A stretch of 64,000 bases of DNA, taken from NCBI RefSeq assembly GCF_006345805.1, contig NC_043001.1, positions 70,246,001-70,310,000 of the forward strand. Direction: 5' to 3'. The number at the start of each line of letters is the position of its first letter. Position 1 is the first letter of the stretch. The notes beneath the pieces are model-generated. The model was not told where the DNA came from, ran no database searches, and worked only from the letters and a program-made list of their open reading frames with translations. Source of the stretch: Octopus sinensis. Taxonomy: Eukaryota. Shown here one piece after another: positions 43,430-56,402 of the stretch. Made by a program: the position numbers and the translations under genes.

Positions 43430-43766
43430 ACATATACTTCAAAGAACGCCGCCGAAGTGATAGGAAGGTAGGAAACAGAGTCAGTGAAAAAGAAAGGAAA
43501 TAGCGATAGTGACAGATACTTTAACTAACCGTAGTGGCATTCTAAAAGTTATACATGAAGAGGAGTGACAGAGTACTGGAGGAAATAGGGTGAGGTAGGA
43601 AGATGGCCCCTAGAAACCACAGCTTTTAAGATAGGGATTTCTAAGGTAGTCCACGCGCATCGTCACCTCATTCTACATGTCCCTGTAAATTTTGGAGCGA
43701 ATCGGACGGGATGTAGTGGCATTGAAAGCGAACCAAGCGGTAAAAACGCATTTCAGTTTTATATAT

Positions 43767-43769
<3 letters not shown>
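43430..43769 (-). mobile_element. Helitron 5' portion (3' end not recognised)
   Basis: Minus A|TCTATATATAAAACTG at 43769; sub-terminal aattt..gaatcggac motif also seen near 41705. Confidence 0.6.
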
Positions 43770-43812
<43 letters not shown>

Positions 43813-44409
43813 CAATAATAAAGCTCTCAGCGAGATGGAAACAGCAGCCGCACGACATCGTGAAGTATATTTGCCACCTAAATGTCGCTGACCCATATGG
43901 GACGATTCTACTCTGGTTTATAGCCCCAGGACGAGATCTCCTCCAGCTGGGTAACGACACGCTGTCTGTATCCGATCAGTATTTGCGAAGGGAAATCATC
44001 GTTCCTATCTACTTTTATACTCACATCTTTAGTTTGGGGAAATATAAATTAAGTTCTATTTATAATTTTAATTATAAGTATAAGAGTTGTTTATTTACAA
44101 TAGTTAAAAATATCTACTGTGTGGTATCAGCATGACAACCTATTAATTATAACTATAAATTAAAAATCATTTCTATCTGATAAATACATATTTGTTTTTA
44201 TGTAGGCAAGAATTATTTTTCTCATTCCTCAGTTTAGGTAAAGGAAATTCACACAAAGAATGCACTTTTTATTACTTATATTGTAACTAGGTGCAGTCAC
44301 CAAGATATCCCATTCGAGATTAAAATTAAGTTTTTAAACTTTAAGTTCCCAAATGAACCTACTAGACCCGTTGAATTCTGTCTTTTCCTATTCGGAAATG
44401 TATATAAAT

Positions 44410-44750
44410 GTGTTGAAAGACGGTTATAGAACACAATATTTATAGATTGAAATATATGAATCTACCTAATTTCAGTTAGATTATTTACTTATTTATGATT
44501 AAGCTCGCTCTTATAAAGCGTTTTCGTTAAGACTTAGCCGATATTTTCCCTCAAATATTTATGCAGATATGTCTATCTGATGAAGCATCATTACATATTT
44601 AAACGGATTTGATTATACTTGGAAAACTTCGTTTTATTAATGAAGAGGAAACAGCTGTAATTTATGAGATGTGTCGTTTGTTTGTATAAAATATATAAAT
44701 TGAATTGAATTTATAATTGTTCAATTTACTGTTTTGTTTTTCATTTCTTA
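44410..44750 (+). mobile_element. HHR-bearing PLE-like terminal repeat, copy 2
   Basis: HHR-like 44575-44661: CTGATGA, GAAA, ACAGCTGT plus A; stem I only 2 bp. Confidence 0.75.
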
Positions 44751-44886
44751 TTTACATTTATATATTTATAAACTGCATGTTTATAAATAACATTGTTATT
44801 GATATAGGTAATATAAACCAGTAAAATTCTTCGGATATTTAATATCCCTTAGGTGTATTTTACACCTAGCTCCAGCTACATTGTTT

Positions 44887-44927
<41 letters not shown>

Positions 44928-45003
44928 CTGTGTGTGTGTGTGTGTGTGCGTGTGCGTGTGTGTATGTATGCATATGTGTGTGTGTAGATATATATATATA
45001 TAT

Positions 45004-45052
<49 letters not shown>

Positions 45053-45060
45053 CAGACATA

Positions 45061-45697
45061 TCTATAAATTATTAAGGTAGCTATTCGCATTTTACATCCG
45101 AAACGCACAAGTGTAGTTGTCACTAAAGTCACTGAGGCTGCTAGTCAGCACAAGCATTGCTAGAAATAGGAGTCAAAACAACTGTTAGTCACGTGAGAGC
45201 AGTTATCTAACGACTGACAAGGGAGACAAATTCCCTACGGCAATTGATGATCTCAGATTCGATTAATCCTCATCAGGAGAGTTTCACGTCGTCTAAACAA
45301 AAAAAGGGGAAAGACAAAGTGAGAGATAGAGAGAGGAAGGGAGAGTAAGTGACGACGTTCATAAAAAATAAAATGTAAAATGTTTTGTTTTTTCTTAAAC
45401 ACGAGATATAGTGTTCAAATTCAGGATGTTTTTGAAAGACATTATATTTTATAATCATAGTATATATACTTTCTCACACAACAATATATTCCTTTTAAAT
45501 CGTTCATCTTTCTCCCAGCTCTCTCTCTCTCTCTCTCACACATTCCTTTGGATGCGAAAGAGTTTTGTTTTTATTTTACGCTGAGTAAAAAAGCATTTTG
45601 TTGAGAGTCGATATTACTTAGTTTGGTTTGAAATAAAGAACTTGATTAGCTTAATAATCGTAACTTCATCCCGGGCAAGGCCGGGTTATAGTGCTAG
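45061..45697 (+). mobile_element. Non-autonomous Helitron
   Basis: A|TCTATAAATT at 45061; CCCGG/CCGGG hairpin at 45670-45685; CTAG|T at 45694-45697. Confidence 0.78.
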
Positions 45698-46489
45698 TAT
45701 ATATATATATAAAAGCAACTGTACATTAGATTAAAGGTTTACTCAAAATTGATTGACTACAAATATTATATTCTTTAACAAACATCGAACTGTAGTATAT
45801 TAGAGTCCATCTTTGATTTTATATAGTCAGAGCCAAATTAAAAATTTTTATGAGTAAGCTGAGTTCTGTTGAATGATATTAAATGGTATGGTAAGCTGTA
45901 ATGGCAAAAATTGTTATTGATTAAATTTCATGACGTACCAATGCTTTAAATTTTGTAATGGAGCGGGTACTATTGCTGCTGCAGCTACTACTACAACTAC
46001 TACTACTACTAACATCACCACCACCACCACCACCACCACCACCACTACTACTACTACTATTACTACTACTACAACTATTTTTCATCATCAGGGTGATTAA
46101 TTTATGCATGTGTCAAGGTAATCTAAATTTCTAACATTATGATGGTTAAAGTAATAAATAACACAATATAATAATAAATTAAATAAACTATACAATCTTA
46201 AATTAATTATTTAAAAGAGGCAAAAAGGCGGATGTAAGGTGAGATGAACTCTATTTCTATTTATTTATTCGAAGTCATGAATAGTTTATATGTACTATTG
46301 ATTACAGGGCAATATAGTTTCATGCAAAAGTATTTCAGCAAATAGAAAACTGTACATTCATCTAAATGTTTATGTATTTAATATTTATTTGATTATAAAA
46401 AATGAAAGTATACGATACAATACAGTATTTCTGCGTGCTTTGATAATTTTCAGTGAAGATAGGTTCGGGCTAAGCTGCATGGGTACTTC

Positions 46490-46750
46490 CATCAACGGCG
46501 TTCATTTGTTCACTGCTCGTCATGTTGAGAAGGGCAAAAATGCCAAAGTATCGGCTATTCTCTGATAGATTTGCGATCAGACCTGTGGCAGTGGAAACCT
46601 CCGGCGTTCTTGACCCGCAGACTACAACCACTGCTCGCTAGTATCTGAGTGGAAATAGTCACGTCCAAGTGCAAACTTCGTGAGACAAAGTGGCAGTTCC
46701 AGCGGGTCTCCCACGCCGTCATCTGAGGCATCATATTTTCTAATTTGCCC
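46490..46750 (+). pseudogene. CRE-like RLE retrotransposon C-terminal remnant
   Basis: RPVAVETSGVL and RETKWQFQRVSHAV match the PxAVETxG and QRxSxAV motifs of CRE-clade RLE domains. Confidence 0.65.
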
Positions 46751-46896
46751 ACCGAGATAATGACACATACTGGCGAGTCCTTTTAGTTATAACTGTTGTA
46801 TGGGTTGGTTGAGATTTATATTTGATGGAATTTACTGAGCGATTGCAAGAGAAGCTTCCTTTTATTACCGTATTCGATTCCTTCTTCAACTTAAAC

Positions 46897-47658
46897 CAAG
46901 AGTCATCAAACTACGGACCACGGACCGGATCCGGCACACGACCTCAATTCATCCGCCCCCCGGAGCTGCACTGTACCTTCTCTCAAAGTATCTGTATTGA
47001 CGAACGTTCTGGGAGAGCCGCAATTAGAACTGAGAAAAACATCGCAGATGTTCGTGCAGCTCTGAGAGGAAATCGTCGAGTCACGACCCGTGAGTTATCA
47101 GAGGATGTGCATATTAGGTACGGTTCAGTTCAGTCCATTATCACTGAAGATTTGGGTTTGAGACTTGTGTCTGCCAAGTTTGTGCCAAAACTGCTTTCAG
47201 CTGATCAAAGAGACACTCGGGTTTCAGTGTATAAGAGCTCCTTCATTGTGTCGAAAACGATGAAGACATTTTGTAAACTTTGCGTAGGCCTCTGAACAGG
47301 TATCGCCAAGCTTTTGGCAAAAGTTGATGCAGATTCTCTGCTCAACTTTCTCTGTCATGGTCCAAACGACGATCACACGCTACACACCTTCCTTCCAAGC
47401 ACCACTGTGAACAACGGAAGTGAGCTAGAACGTTAAAACTTAGTGCGCGTGCACGGCAGAGCTCAAGGTCAATCTGTGGCAACTGACTTTACTCTGCGTG
47501 ATTTAGCTTTGTTTCTATGGTTACAGTCCGGATACGTATTGATCAGACGACGTTTATGTATTCACTGTATTTTATTGAACAAAATGGTTATGCGCCCTGC
47601 GCTCGTCATTCTCTTAATTATCTGGCCCGCTGTGAAAAATGTTTGGTGACCCCCCCTG
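46897..47658 (+). mobile_element. hAT-like termini enclosing mariner fragments
   Basis: Termini CAAGAGTCATCAAAC and GTTTGGTGACCCC..CTG; flanks acttaaac/agttaaag; internal DERSGR..SVQSIITEDLGLRLVSAKFVPKLL. Confidence 0.7.
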
Positions 47659-48035
47659 AGTTAAAGTGAGAGTATCTGATACCTGCATATTATTCATAGT
47701 TGATCCATACTAATCAGGCAATTTTAACATTATAGTTGGGGTTCAAATATCTTTTACTTATTTTTATCTTTTACCGTTTACACCTTTCAGTCTCCAGGCT
47801 GCAGCCATGCTATTGCATTGAAGTGTTTTAGTCAAACAAATAAGCCCCTGTACATTGTTTGATGCCTGGTTCTTATTCTGTCGTTTTTTTCCGTGAACCG
47901 CTACACTACGGGGATACAATCAAACCAACACCAGTTGGTAAGCAGTATTGAGCACAAACACATAGACACACGCACACACGCACACATGCACACACTCAGA
48001 AACATATATGTATATATATATACACACACACAGAC

Positions 48036-48119
<84 letters not shown>

Positions 48120-48125
48120 TATATA

Positions 48126-48172
<47 letters not shown>

Positions 48173-49088
48173 GAGAGACAGACAGACAGACAGAGTTGGT
48201 CACATGTGATCCATAAAGCATTGACAATTTGATTGAAATGATGACGCAAACACACATACATACATATACATACATATAACTTTTAACATATAACTTTAAC
48301 TTGTTAATGAAATGAGTAAATGGAAACTGTATAGAAGCCTGCTGGAATTAAAAGGTACAGGTTCAAAAGGCATAAAAAGTTACAGATGTAATTTAAATGA
48401 ACAGTTCGACGCAAAACAGACAGTTAATTAGTCTACTACCATAAGAAAAAAGGCATCGATGAAGCTAGGTCATAGTGTCCAAAATTATCCAACGGCGAAT
48501 TAGATCCTTAAACGTGCGTAAAAGCATAATAAACACATTCAAATGTGTTATCTGGTATTGCTACAATTGTTTTGTTGTCTTTATTGTGGTGTAAGGAGGG
48601 TGCAGTCAGTTATGCAGTATTCATAACATCTACACCTTTCATCTCAACAGGCTACCAAATACAAAAGCGAGAAGTAACATGTTGAATAATAGACAGATAA
48701 TCAAAAATCAAATTTCTAATCAGAATTACCAACACCTAAGATATGTGAAGTGGGTAATGTAAATTAAATATGAGGTAAATTAATGAATAGCTAAATATAT
48801 TTCTATTCCATCGATATCATTAAAATTAGCAACGTCATTCATCGAGGCCAGTAGTTGCAGAACATCCCTATATGCCAGCGGACAGCCGCCAACAAGAATC
48901 GCATTTCGCCCTACCAAAACATGTTCAAAGAACAGCTGCTGGACCTATTCATAAAAAAAATACATTTTCATATTAGACTGTTTTGAAATTATCTCATGAA
49001 GAATTAACGACCTGAAGTTACATCATGATATACTACAAGGTAGTATGTTTTATAAGTTAATACTGTGTTCGTAGTCCTATTGCATCAC

Positions 49089-49591
49089 TTGTTAAGATTA
49101 TCGCTACAGATTTACTACAGAAATTATAGCTAGCACTAATCTTTGTAAACGGCGTTTCGTATTCGAGTACGCCTAACGTAAACAACAAGATCGAAAATGA
49201 AAAATGAGTAATTTGTGTAGATGTCATTTTTTCAGGAGATTGCGCTTCTTCATCTGCACCCATCCAGCCTATTAGCCATCTGCGAACACATTGCTTAAAT
49301 AGTAACTATATATAGCGATGTAACATTATTGGATATACCAGTTTTACATATTAAACACATTTCTGGAAGCTGGAACTTAACTATTAATGACTTGAGAGAA
49401 TTCGTGCTTCTAATATATACTACATAATATACTACAAAGTATATTAAACGCTTTTATGAGTCAATATTTTGCTCTAGAGTTTTAGCAGTGCTTTTACATC
49501 ACATTTAGGTGTACTCGAATACGAAACATCGTAACAAAAATCTGAGCTGGCTATAATTGCCATACAAAATCTGCAGAAATGACCTTAACAA
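49089..49591. mobile_element. MITE-like element with about 88-bp diverged inverted arms
   Basis: 49089-49176 versus the reverse complement of 49505-49591 (shared gtttcgtattcgagtac core). Confidence 0.65.
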
Positions 49592-50099
49592 TAAAATCCG
49601 ACATTACTTATACACTCGATTAATGTTAGAAAAGTACGTCAATTACAAAACTAATAAAATATTAACTTTAGACATTGGAAAATCAACTAGTTATAATTCA
49701 AGGGGAATAACTAATAAAAACCGTAGTTTAAGCGAAGTTCCCTCGGAATTTCAGAGTAGGAGGGAAAAAAGAATATGGAGGAAAACAAAAAGAAATAATA
49801 GAAAGGGAATAATAAAAATCGACAGCAGCCATCATTTCCACATTGTTCCCAAATTACAAATATTTACTTAATGGAATGATCATTAATAATATATTTGCCA
49901 CAACACGCAGATTAGTATTAAAATTTTACGTACAATGCATTTGAGGGCTTAGAAGAAAAAACTTGAAATTTTCTAGAACTAAATATTATCTGTTTCTTCG
50001 ACTCTCTATGCGGCATCAATTTTACCGGAGATTTTTCGCATTACAACAAATTTTGGTTATGTTAGATAATTATACTTTGCTACGAGCTAGAATGATTCT

Positions 50100-50486
50100 T
50101 CTACTCTTTGAATTCTTTCAGTCATTTGACTGTGGCCATGCTGGAGCACTGTCTTTTAATCGAACAAATCGACCCAATGACCTATTCTTTGTAACCTTAG
50201 TACGTATTCTATCGAACTTTTTGCCGAACCGCTAAGTTACGTGTCCGTAAACACACCAACATCGTTTATCAAGCAATGTGGGGGTGACAAACACAGACAA
50301 AAATTTATAGAAATACGTATATACATACGACGGGCTTTCAGTTTCTATCTAACAAATACACTCACAAGGCTCTGGTTGCCTCGAGGTTTTAGCAGAAGAC
50401 ACTTGCCCAAGTTGCCACGCAGTGGGACTGAACCAGAACTATATAGTTGGGAAGCAGGCCTCTTACCACACAGCCACTCCTGCGCC
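50100..50486 (-). mobile_element. SINE family B, full length
   Basis: Head ggcgcaggagtggctgtgtggtaag on minus; shared body. Confidence 0.85.
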
Positions 50487-50639
50487 TATGTGTATACACA
50501 TATAAGTCTGCTTGTTTACCCTTTTAATTGAAGTCATTTCTACTAGAGCCTCTACATATATACAGGTACCCCATGTCTGGGTACAGTTGTTTTGCGAAGG
50601 ATTGCAACGAGAATGACTGGAATATTTGAAATACGGCTA

Positions 50640-50845
50640 GGTAGTGAACTGACAGAATCGTTAGCACACCGGGCAAAATGCTTCACGGAATTTCGTTGTC
50701 TTTCCGTTCTAAGTTCAAATCCCGCATAGGTCGACCTGACCTTTCATTATTTTAGGGTCTATAAAATAAGTACTAGTTGATCAAGGGGATCAATGAAATT
50801 GACTAATCCCTGTCCTAAAATTGCTCGCCCTATGTCAAAATTTTA
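50640..50845 (+). mobile_element. SINE family A, diverged
   Basis: cagaatcgttagcacaccgggcaaaatg..agttcaaatccc..ggtcgac. Confidence 0.7.
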
Positions 50846-51212
50846 AACAAATATTTGAAATAGGGCACCGCTAAAATATCAAGCAATTACGCTTGATATA
50901 TTATACCTTTTCTGTGTTCTTCAGAGCTTACTACATCCAAGGAAGCCTTCAAAAACAGGTTAAAATTGTTTTGCTACAGACCTCTTTTGCATATAAATTA
51001 AATAGGATATATAAGGATAAGCATTCTATTAAATAAAAGCAGCATACACGATTTTGATCTCTACAGAGAAAAATAAAGATAAACATTCTTCTACAGATTT
51101 TTGTATCATTGTGCAAACAACATATGTGTATACACACCCACACCCACACACATAAGTATATACATATACATATCTATGTGTTTATGTATGTATATGTATG
51201 TATATATGTATG

Positions 51213-51284
<72 letters not shown>

Positions 51285-52409
51285 GATATATATATATATA
51301 TATATAATATATATATATATAATATATATATATATTATATATATATATAATATATATTTACATACATATGTATATCTATATGCGTGTGCATAAGGGAGAT
51401 TATATGCGCAAGATCCCGAGCCAGTTTTCTTTTCTACGTTTATTATTAGAGTCACGAATAATACAAATAGAAAATTTGATACTGTTCAAAACCTACTAAT
51501 GATTTGTGTTGAGACACTTCTGTCGTGACCATCCCTCTCTTTACTCAGACACAGCCTATATTATGTGGTTATTTCTGTTGTGTTATTTGGAAATAATTTA
51601 TCCTTGTAACCGGTGCCAGCTTCAGATATTACCAAGGAAATATTTTAAACATGAATAATGTAGAGATTCAATTAATGACGCGAAGTTGTTAGAGTTTCTA
51701 TCTACATTTGGTATGAGGCCAATCACAGTACAGATAATTTACGGTATATATATACCGCTTTCTATAATTTAGCGTAACATCACAGCTAATCTAATTCACT
51801 ATTTTGCATTTTTGAGCAAATTGCAAATTATCTTCATATGTGGATTACATAATTGCGTTTAAGATATTTGAAACAATAAATCTATTTTTATCCATGACAG
51901 CAATTTCATCAATACTGTCAATGAATGAGATGTTTCGTAATCAATAATTGTGTAAGTCCTCATATGATAATTGCAAACTGTACACATTACCTAGATTCTT
52001 CAGCCAACGCATAGATGCTGGTGCATAAAGATAGAAAAAATCGGATTATTATAGAAGAGAATATGTTCAGATCTATTTCAGTGTCTATCGCGTGATGCAA
52101 TTGTCATAAGATCTATATTTATTTATATATGTTATGTACAACAATCTTCCCTTAGATATTTCACTGCCACGTTTTTGCCAGAAATACAGTATCACATATC
52201 AAGACATCATCTGTCATGAACTGCCAGTCATATATTTTTTAATTAATTATATTTGCTGAGTAATGTGAATGTCTCTTTGAAATTAGTTAATCTATTCTCT
52301 CAGTCATTATCTCTTTCTCTTTCTCTCTCCCCCCACATACTTTCTCATCATACATATATGTATGTATAAATATATATATATATACATATGTATATATAAT
52401 TATGTATGC

Positions 52410-52445
<36 letters not shown>

Positions 52446-52446
<1 letters not shown>

Positions 52447-52738
52447 TAGTGGTTACGGGCATTCGTCTCATGATCGTAAGGTCGTGAGTTCAATTCCCGT
52501 CGACGTGTTGTGTCCTTGAGCAAGACACTTTATTTCACGTTGCTCCAGTCTACTCAGCTGGCAATAATGAGTAGTAACTGTATTTCAAATGGTCGGCCTT
52601 ATCACACTCTGTGTCACGCTGAATCTCCCCGAGTACTACGTTAAGGGTGCACGTGTTTGTGGAGTGCTCAGCTATTTGCACGTTAATTTCACGTGCAAGC
52701 TGTTCCGTTGATTGTATCAGCTGGGACCCTCGGAGTCC
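52446..52738 (+). mobile_element. tRNA-headed SINE (family C)
   Basis: tagtggtt A-box, gagttcaattccc B-box, then tgtgtccttgagcaagacact central domain. Confidence 0.8.
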
Positions 52739-53212
52739 TCCTATAGATAAACATATATATATATGTGCGGTGTGGTGGAGGTCGAGCGGCTCTCAACGGA
52801 CCAACCATGATAATTTAAATTCAAATCCAATAGTGTATTTATGTCATAAGGAAAATTACTAACTGGAACCCGGACATACATATGTGCCACTTTGGATCCT
52901 AATGTAAGCGTTATTATTAATATTATGAATGATAATAATGGTAGCATTAATGGTATTGACAACGATAATGATGCTAACTTTAATGACACTTGGAAATTAG
53001 TAGGAAGTAATATAATGTACCATTGACTATGTATATTTGCATCTAGGTACTAATATGTGTATGTTTATTATCACAATATTAAGTTGAAAAACTGAAACAT
53101 TGAATGTGGAACATTTATATGTTTACTAATTTATATTATTTATTTACATTATTATGTATATGTATATTTTTATATGTATAGGAGTGTGAGTATATGCACT
53201 CATAAGTATATG

Positions 53213-53345
53213 TATATCTCCGAAGAGGCCTTATGATATTTTTGTAAATGTTTCATTTATATCTATATATTGACCTACCATAAAAGGCTAATATTGGTAA
53301 AATGAGACATACTTATCTACATGGCCGAAACAGCTGTAAGATGTA
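53213..53345 (+). ncRNA. Type I hammerhead, same family as 33521-33643, CCGAAGA core
   Basis: 7-bp stem I TATATCT/AGATGTA, GGCC/GGCC stem II, GAAA 53327-53330, ACAGCTGT plus A. Confidence 0.75.
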
Positions 53346-53773
53346 ATCTATACTTATATTTATATTTACTTATATTTATATTCTCTTTTTTATATATATT
53401 CTACTTATTATACAACATTACTCATTTACGTACACTTTTTATGTACATTTCTTTATGTACACTGATTTGTTCTGCTTTTTTATGTTTAACCCTACAGTCT
53501 CTTATGTGGTGGTTTAATAAAGTATGTGATTGAGTATTATATGGTAATTGATATTTGATTTAGATGTATTTTTCCATTTTCTTATTTTGTATTAGTAATT
53601 TGTGGTAAATCATTTTACCTTTGCCCATATAATAGAGTAAATGAATTGATTGCATCGCAATCCTTAACATTTATGTATTAACTTTGTTGGGTACTTCACT
53701 AGCAGTATATTGGATATATATTATCCCATGGAGGGTTGCATTTACAACCCCTATCTCAATTTGCATATATATA

Positions 53774-53870
<97 letters not shown>

Positions 53871-53877
53871 ATATAAA

Positions 53878-54050
53878 CATCGCCGTGATAGATTGTTAGC
53901 CACTACACACATTTTTCTCTCCTTGTTTTTTCTGTAGAAGAGCGTAGGCTCGAAACGTAAAAGCTTTTTCTATTTCTGAGCGTTATACATCTGTTTGTTT
54001 TGTACACCACCTGTCTTCGTCTCTTGTTTTTTTCCGTAAACTCTCCCTAT
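53878..54050 (+). mobile_element. Short HHR-bearing element between (TA)n tracts
   Basis: About 170 bp of unique sequence containing the motif at 53928-53963. Confidence 0.6.
53928..53963 (+). ncRNA. Minimal hammerhead-like motif, variant core CTGTAGA
   Basis: TTTT CTGTAGA A GAGC gtag GCTC GAAA CGT A AAAG. Confidence 0.55.
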
Positions 54051-54091
54051 ATATAAACATACATATACACACACACACACACGCACGCACG

Positions 54092-54194
<103 letters not shown>

Positions 54195-54470
54195 GTACTT
54201 TTCACACAGCTATAAGAATCGCCATCACTAGTGATCACTCCAAATACCATGATATTGACTGGTTATTTGATTTTTATCAATCTCAGTTCATGTCCTCAGA
54301 TAGACACCTAAACAATCTGAAATATTCGTATTGGAGCTTCCGGTATGAATGCCAAGCAGTACAGCATATCGTTTCCAAATTTCTGGCAGTGTGAATTGCG
54401 TCATGGTGGTGTTTCACAGACGGTGCTCAACTGACCCATGCCACACAGTGTAGCATAGCGACAAAATCAA
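54195..54470 (-). mobile_element. Deleted Tc1/mariner-superfamily transposase remnant
   Basis: MTQFTLPEIWKRYAVLLGIHTGSSNTNISDCLGV N-terminus joined to IMVFGVITSDG. Confidence 0.6.
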
Positions 54471-54574
54471 ATCCAAACAATGTGCAGACGCAAAATTAAA
54501 AATATAAAATGATAATTTAGCTATCGCAACCTGTTTATATATATATATATATTATATATATATATATACATATA

Positions 54575-54776
54575 TATGTGACCTCGTGTGTACCGTTGGC
54601 GATTTTTTCCTCTGTCTTCCCTTCTCTGGATCTTTCCTTCTCCTATGTTTCCGACGAAGAGCTCCGCTCGAAACGTTAAACCCTCCTTCTTTCCTTCTTT
54701 CCTGAGCATCTAATAATACTATATTTGTTCCACGTCCTCACGTTGTTGTGTTTTTTTGTGTTTTCTTGTTTGGATA

Positions 54777-54778
<2 letters not shown>
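54575..54778 (+). mobile_element. Short HHR-bearing element between (TA)n tracts
   Basis: Same family as 61385-61590 (-); a 5' fragment of it also abuts the PLE end near 6527-6551. Confidence 0.75.
54647..54681 (+). ncRNA. Minimal hammerhead, CCGACGA core
   Basis: GTTT CCGACGA A GAGC tcc GCTC GAAA CGT T AAAC. Confidence 0.68.
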
Positions 54779-54854
<76 letters not shown>

Positions 54855-55279
54855 GTATGTATATAATATCTGTGTACCAGTGTGTGCGTGTATGTCCATG
54901 TGTATATGCTTCTCAGAGAGTGCTCTGATACATTGTTATACAGACGCAAATTATTATGGATTCAGAAATGTATTTACAGGTCAGAAACGATAACAAACAA
55001 ATGCGACTTTAATTAGAAATTACAATGTAAAATAATTAGGGAAATCTTTCTAGCGAAGACTTCGTAATCACTCAAAACCCGCAGTCAACATCTAGAACTT
55101 AAAATAAAAACGCACATAGTACAATACAAACTAGAAAATCGAAAGACAGATAGATGCTCCCAAATGATACTAGCTCAGCATCGAAGACATACCGACTTTC
55201 TAATGAACTGGATTGTACTATAATGCTGAGATAAGCATACACAAGTACACACCCACGCTTGCCCAGACACATATACTCC

Positions 55280-55317
<38 letters not shown>

Positions 55318-56088
55318 CACACACACACACACACACATAACAGGCACTTTTCTCTAATGTGAAACTTTCATATTCATCTTTTGAACTTTTCAACAATTTT
55401 TTTTTAATATTCTTAAATCTTTTTCCAAGAATTTTGAATTTAATCCCACTTTTTCCTTTTCTCTCTTCTTCTCTCTCAACCCACCATACCCACATCTCTT
55501 ATTAGTTCTTCAAAAACAGTTGCCTTTGAAAAATTGCCGCCAAACATTGAGAGTTATGGGGAGCTTTCGGAGCTCGAACATAATTTCGGAGGTAATTTCA
55601 AAGTAATCTCGGATACGAAACTGGTTGTTGCCTGTTCTGTCCCGGAAATTTAACTCAAGTTTCCAAATCATCGATATATATCTTTGTATGTGTGTGTTTG
55701 TGTGTATGTGTGAGTGAGTATGTGTATGTGAGTGTATACGTAAATGTGTGTATGTACATGTATGTTCGTGCGTGTGAGTATATGCTTGTAAGACTGTGTG
55801 TCTGTATCTGATTCTGTGTCTACGTCTTTGTGCGTCATTGATAAGTTTTAAAATGAGAATTAGATATGATTACTTCCTTTTGTATTGTGTTCTTGAGCAG
55901 AAGACTTCATTTCACCTTATTCTGCGATCACTTCGACAACGTGTAACATAAATATATGCACTTATATACATGCACACACGCACACACACAAAAGCGCACA
56001 CAAACACGCACACACACACACACACATATATATATAGGTATGTTGAAGCAAACTAGAAAAATATAATTCAAAATATGAGTGTATGCCC

Positions 56089-56402
56089 CTTTACTCTTTT
56101 ACTTGTTTCAGTAATTTAACTGCGGCCATGCTGGAGCACGACCTTTAGTTGAACAAATCTACCCCAGAGCTTAGTCTTTGCGAGCCTAGTACTTATTCTA
56201 TCGATCTTTTTTGCGGAACCGCTAAGTTACAGAGATGTAAACACACCAACATTGGTTTCTGTCTACCAAATCTACTCACAAGGCTTCGGTTGGACCGAGG
56301 CAATAGTAGAAGGCACTTACCCAAGGTACCAAGCATTAAAACTGAACCCGGAACCATGTGGTTTGTAAGAAAGTAACTTACCACGCAACCACTCCTGTGC
56401 CT
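56089..56402 (-). mobile_element. SINE family B
   Basis: Alignable head and body. Confidence 0.82.

Noticed and set aside
45240-45290. Minus-strand CTGATGAGGATTAATCGAAT inside a Helitron
   Set aside because: GAAT core and no stems I/III.
51900-52230. Possible hAT transposase remnant on minus (SMRWLKNLG)
   Set aside because: Single weak motif with stops; not supportable.
52446-52505. tRNA gene
   Set aside because: tRNA-like head continues into a SINE body; no complete cloverleaf.
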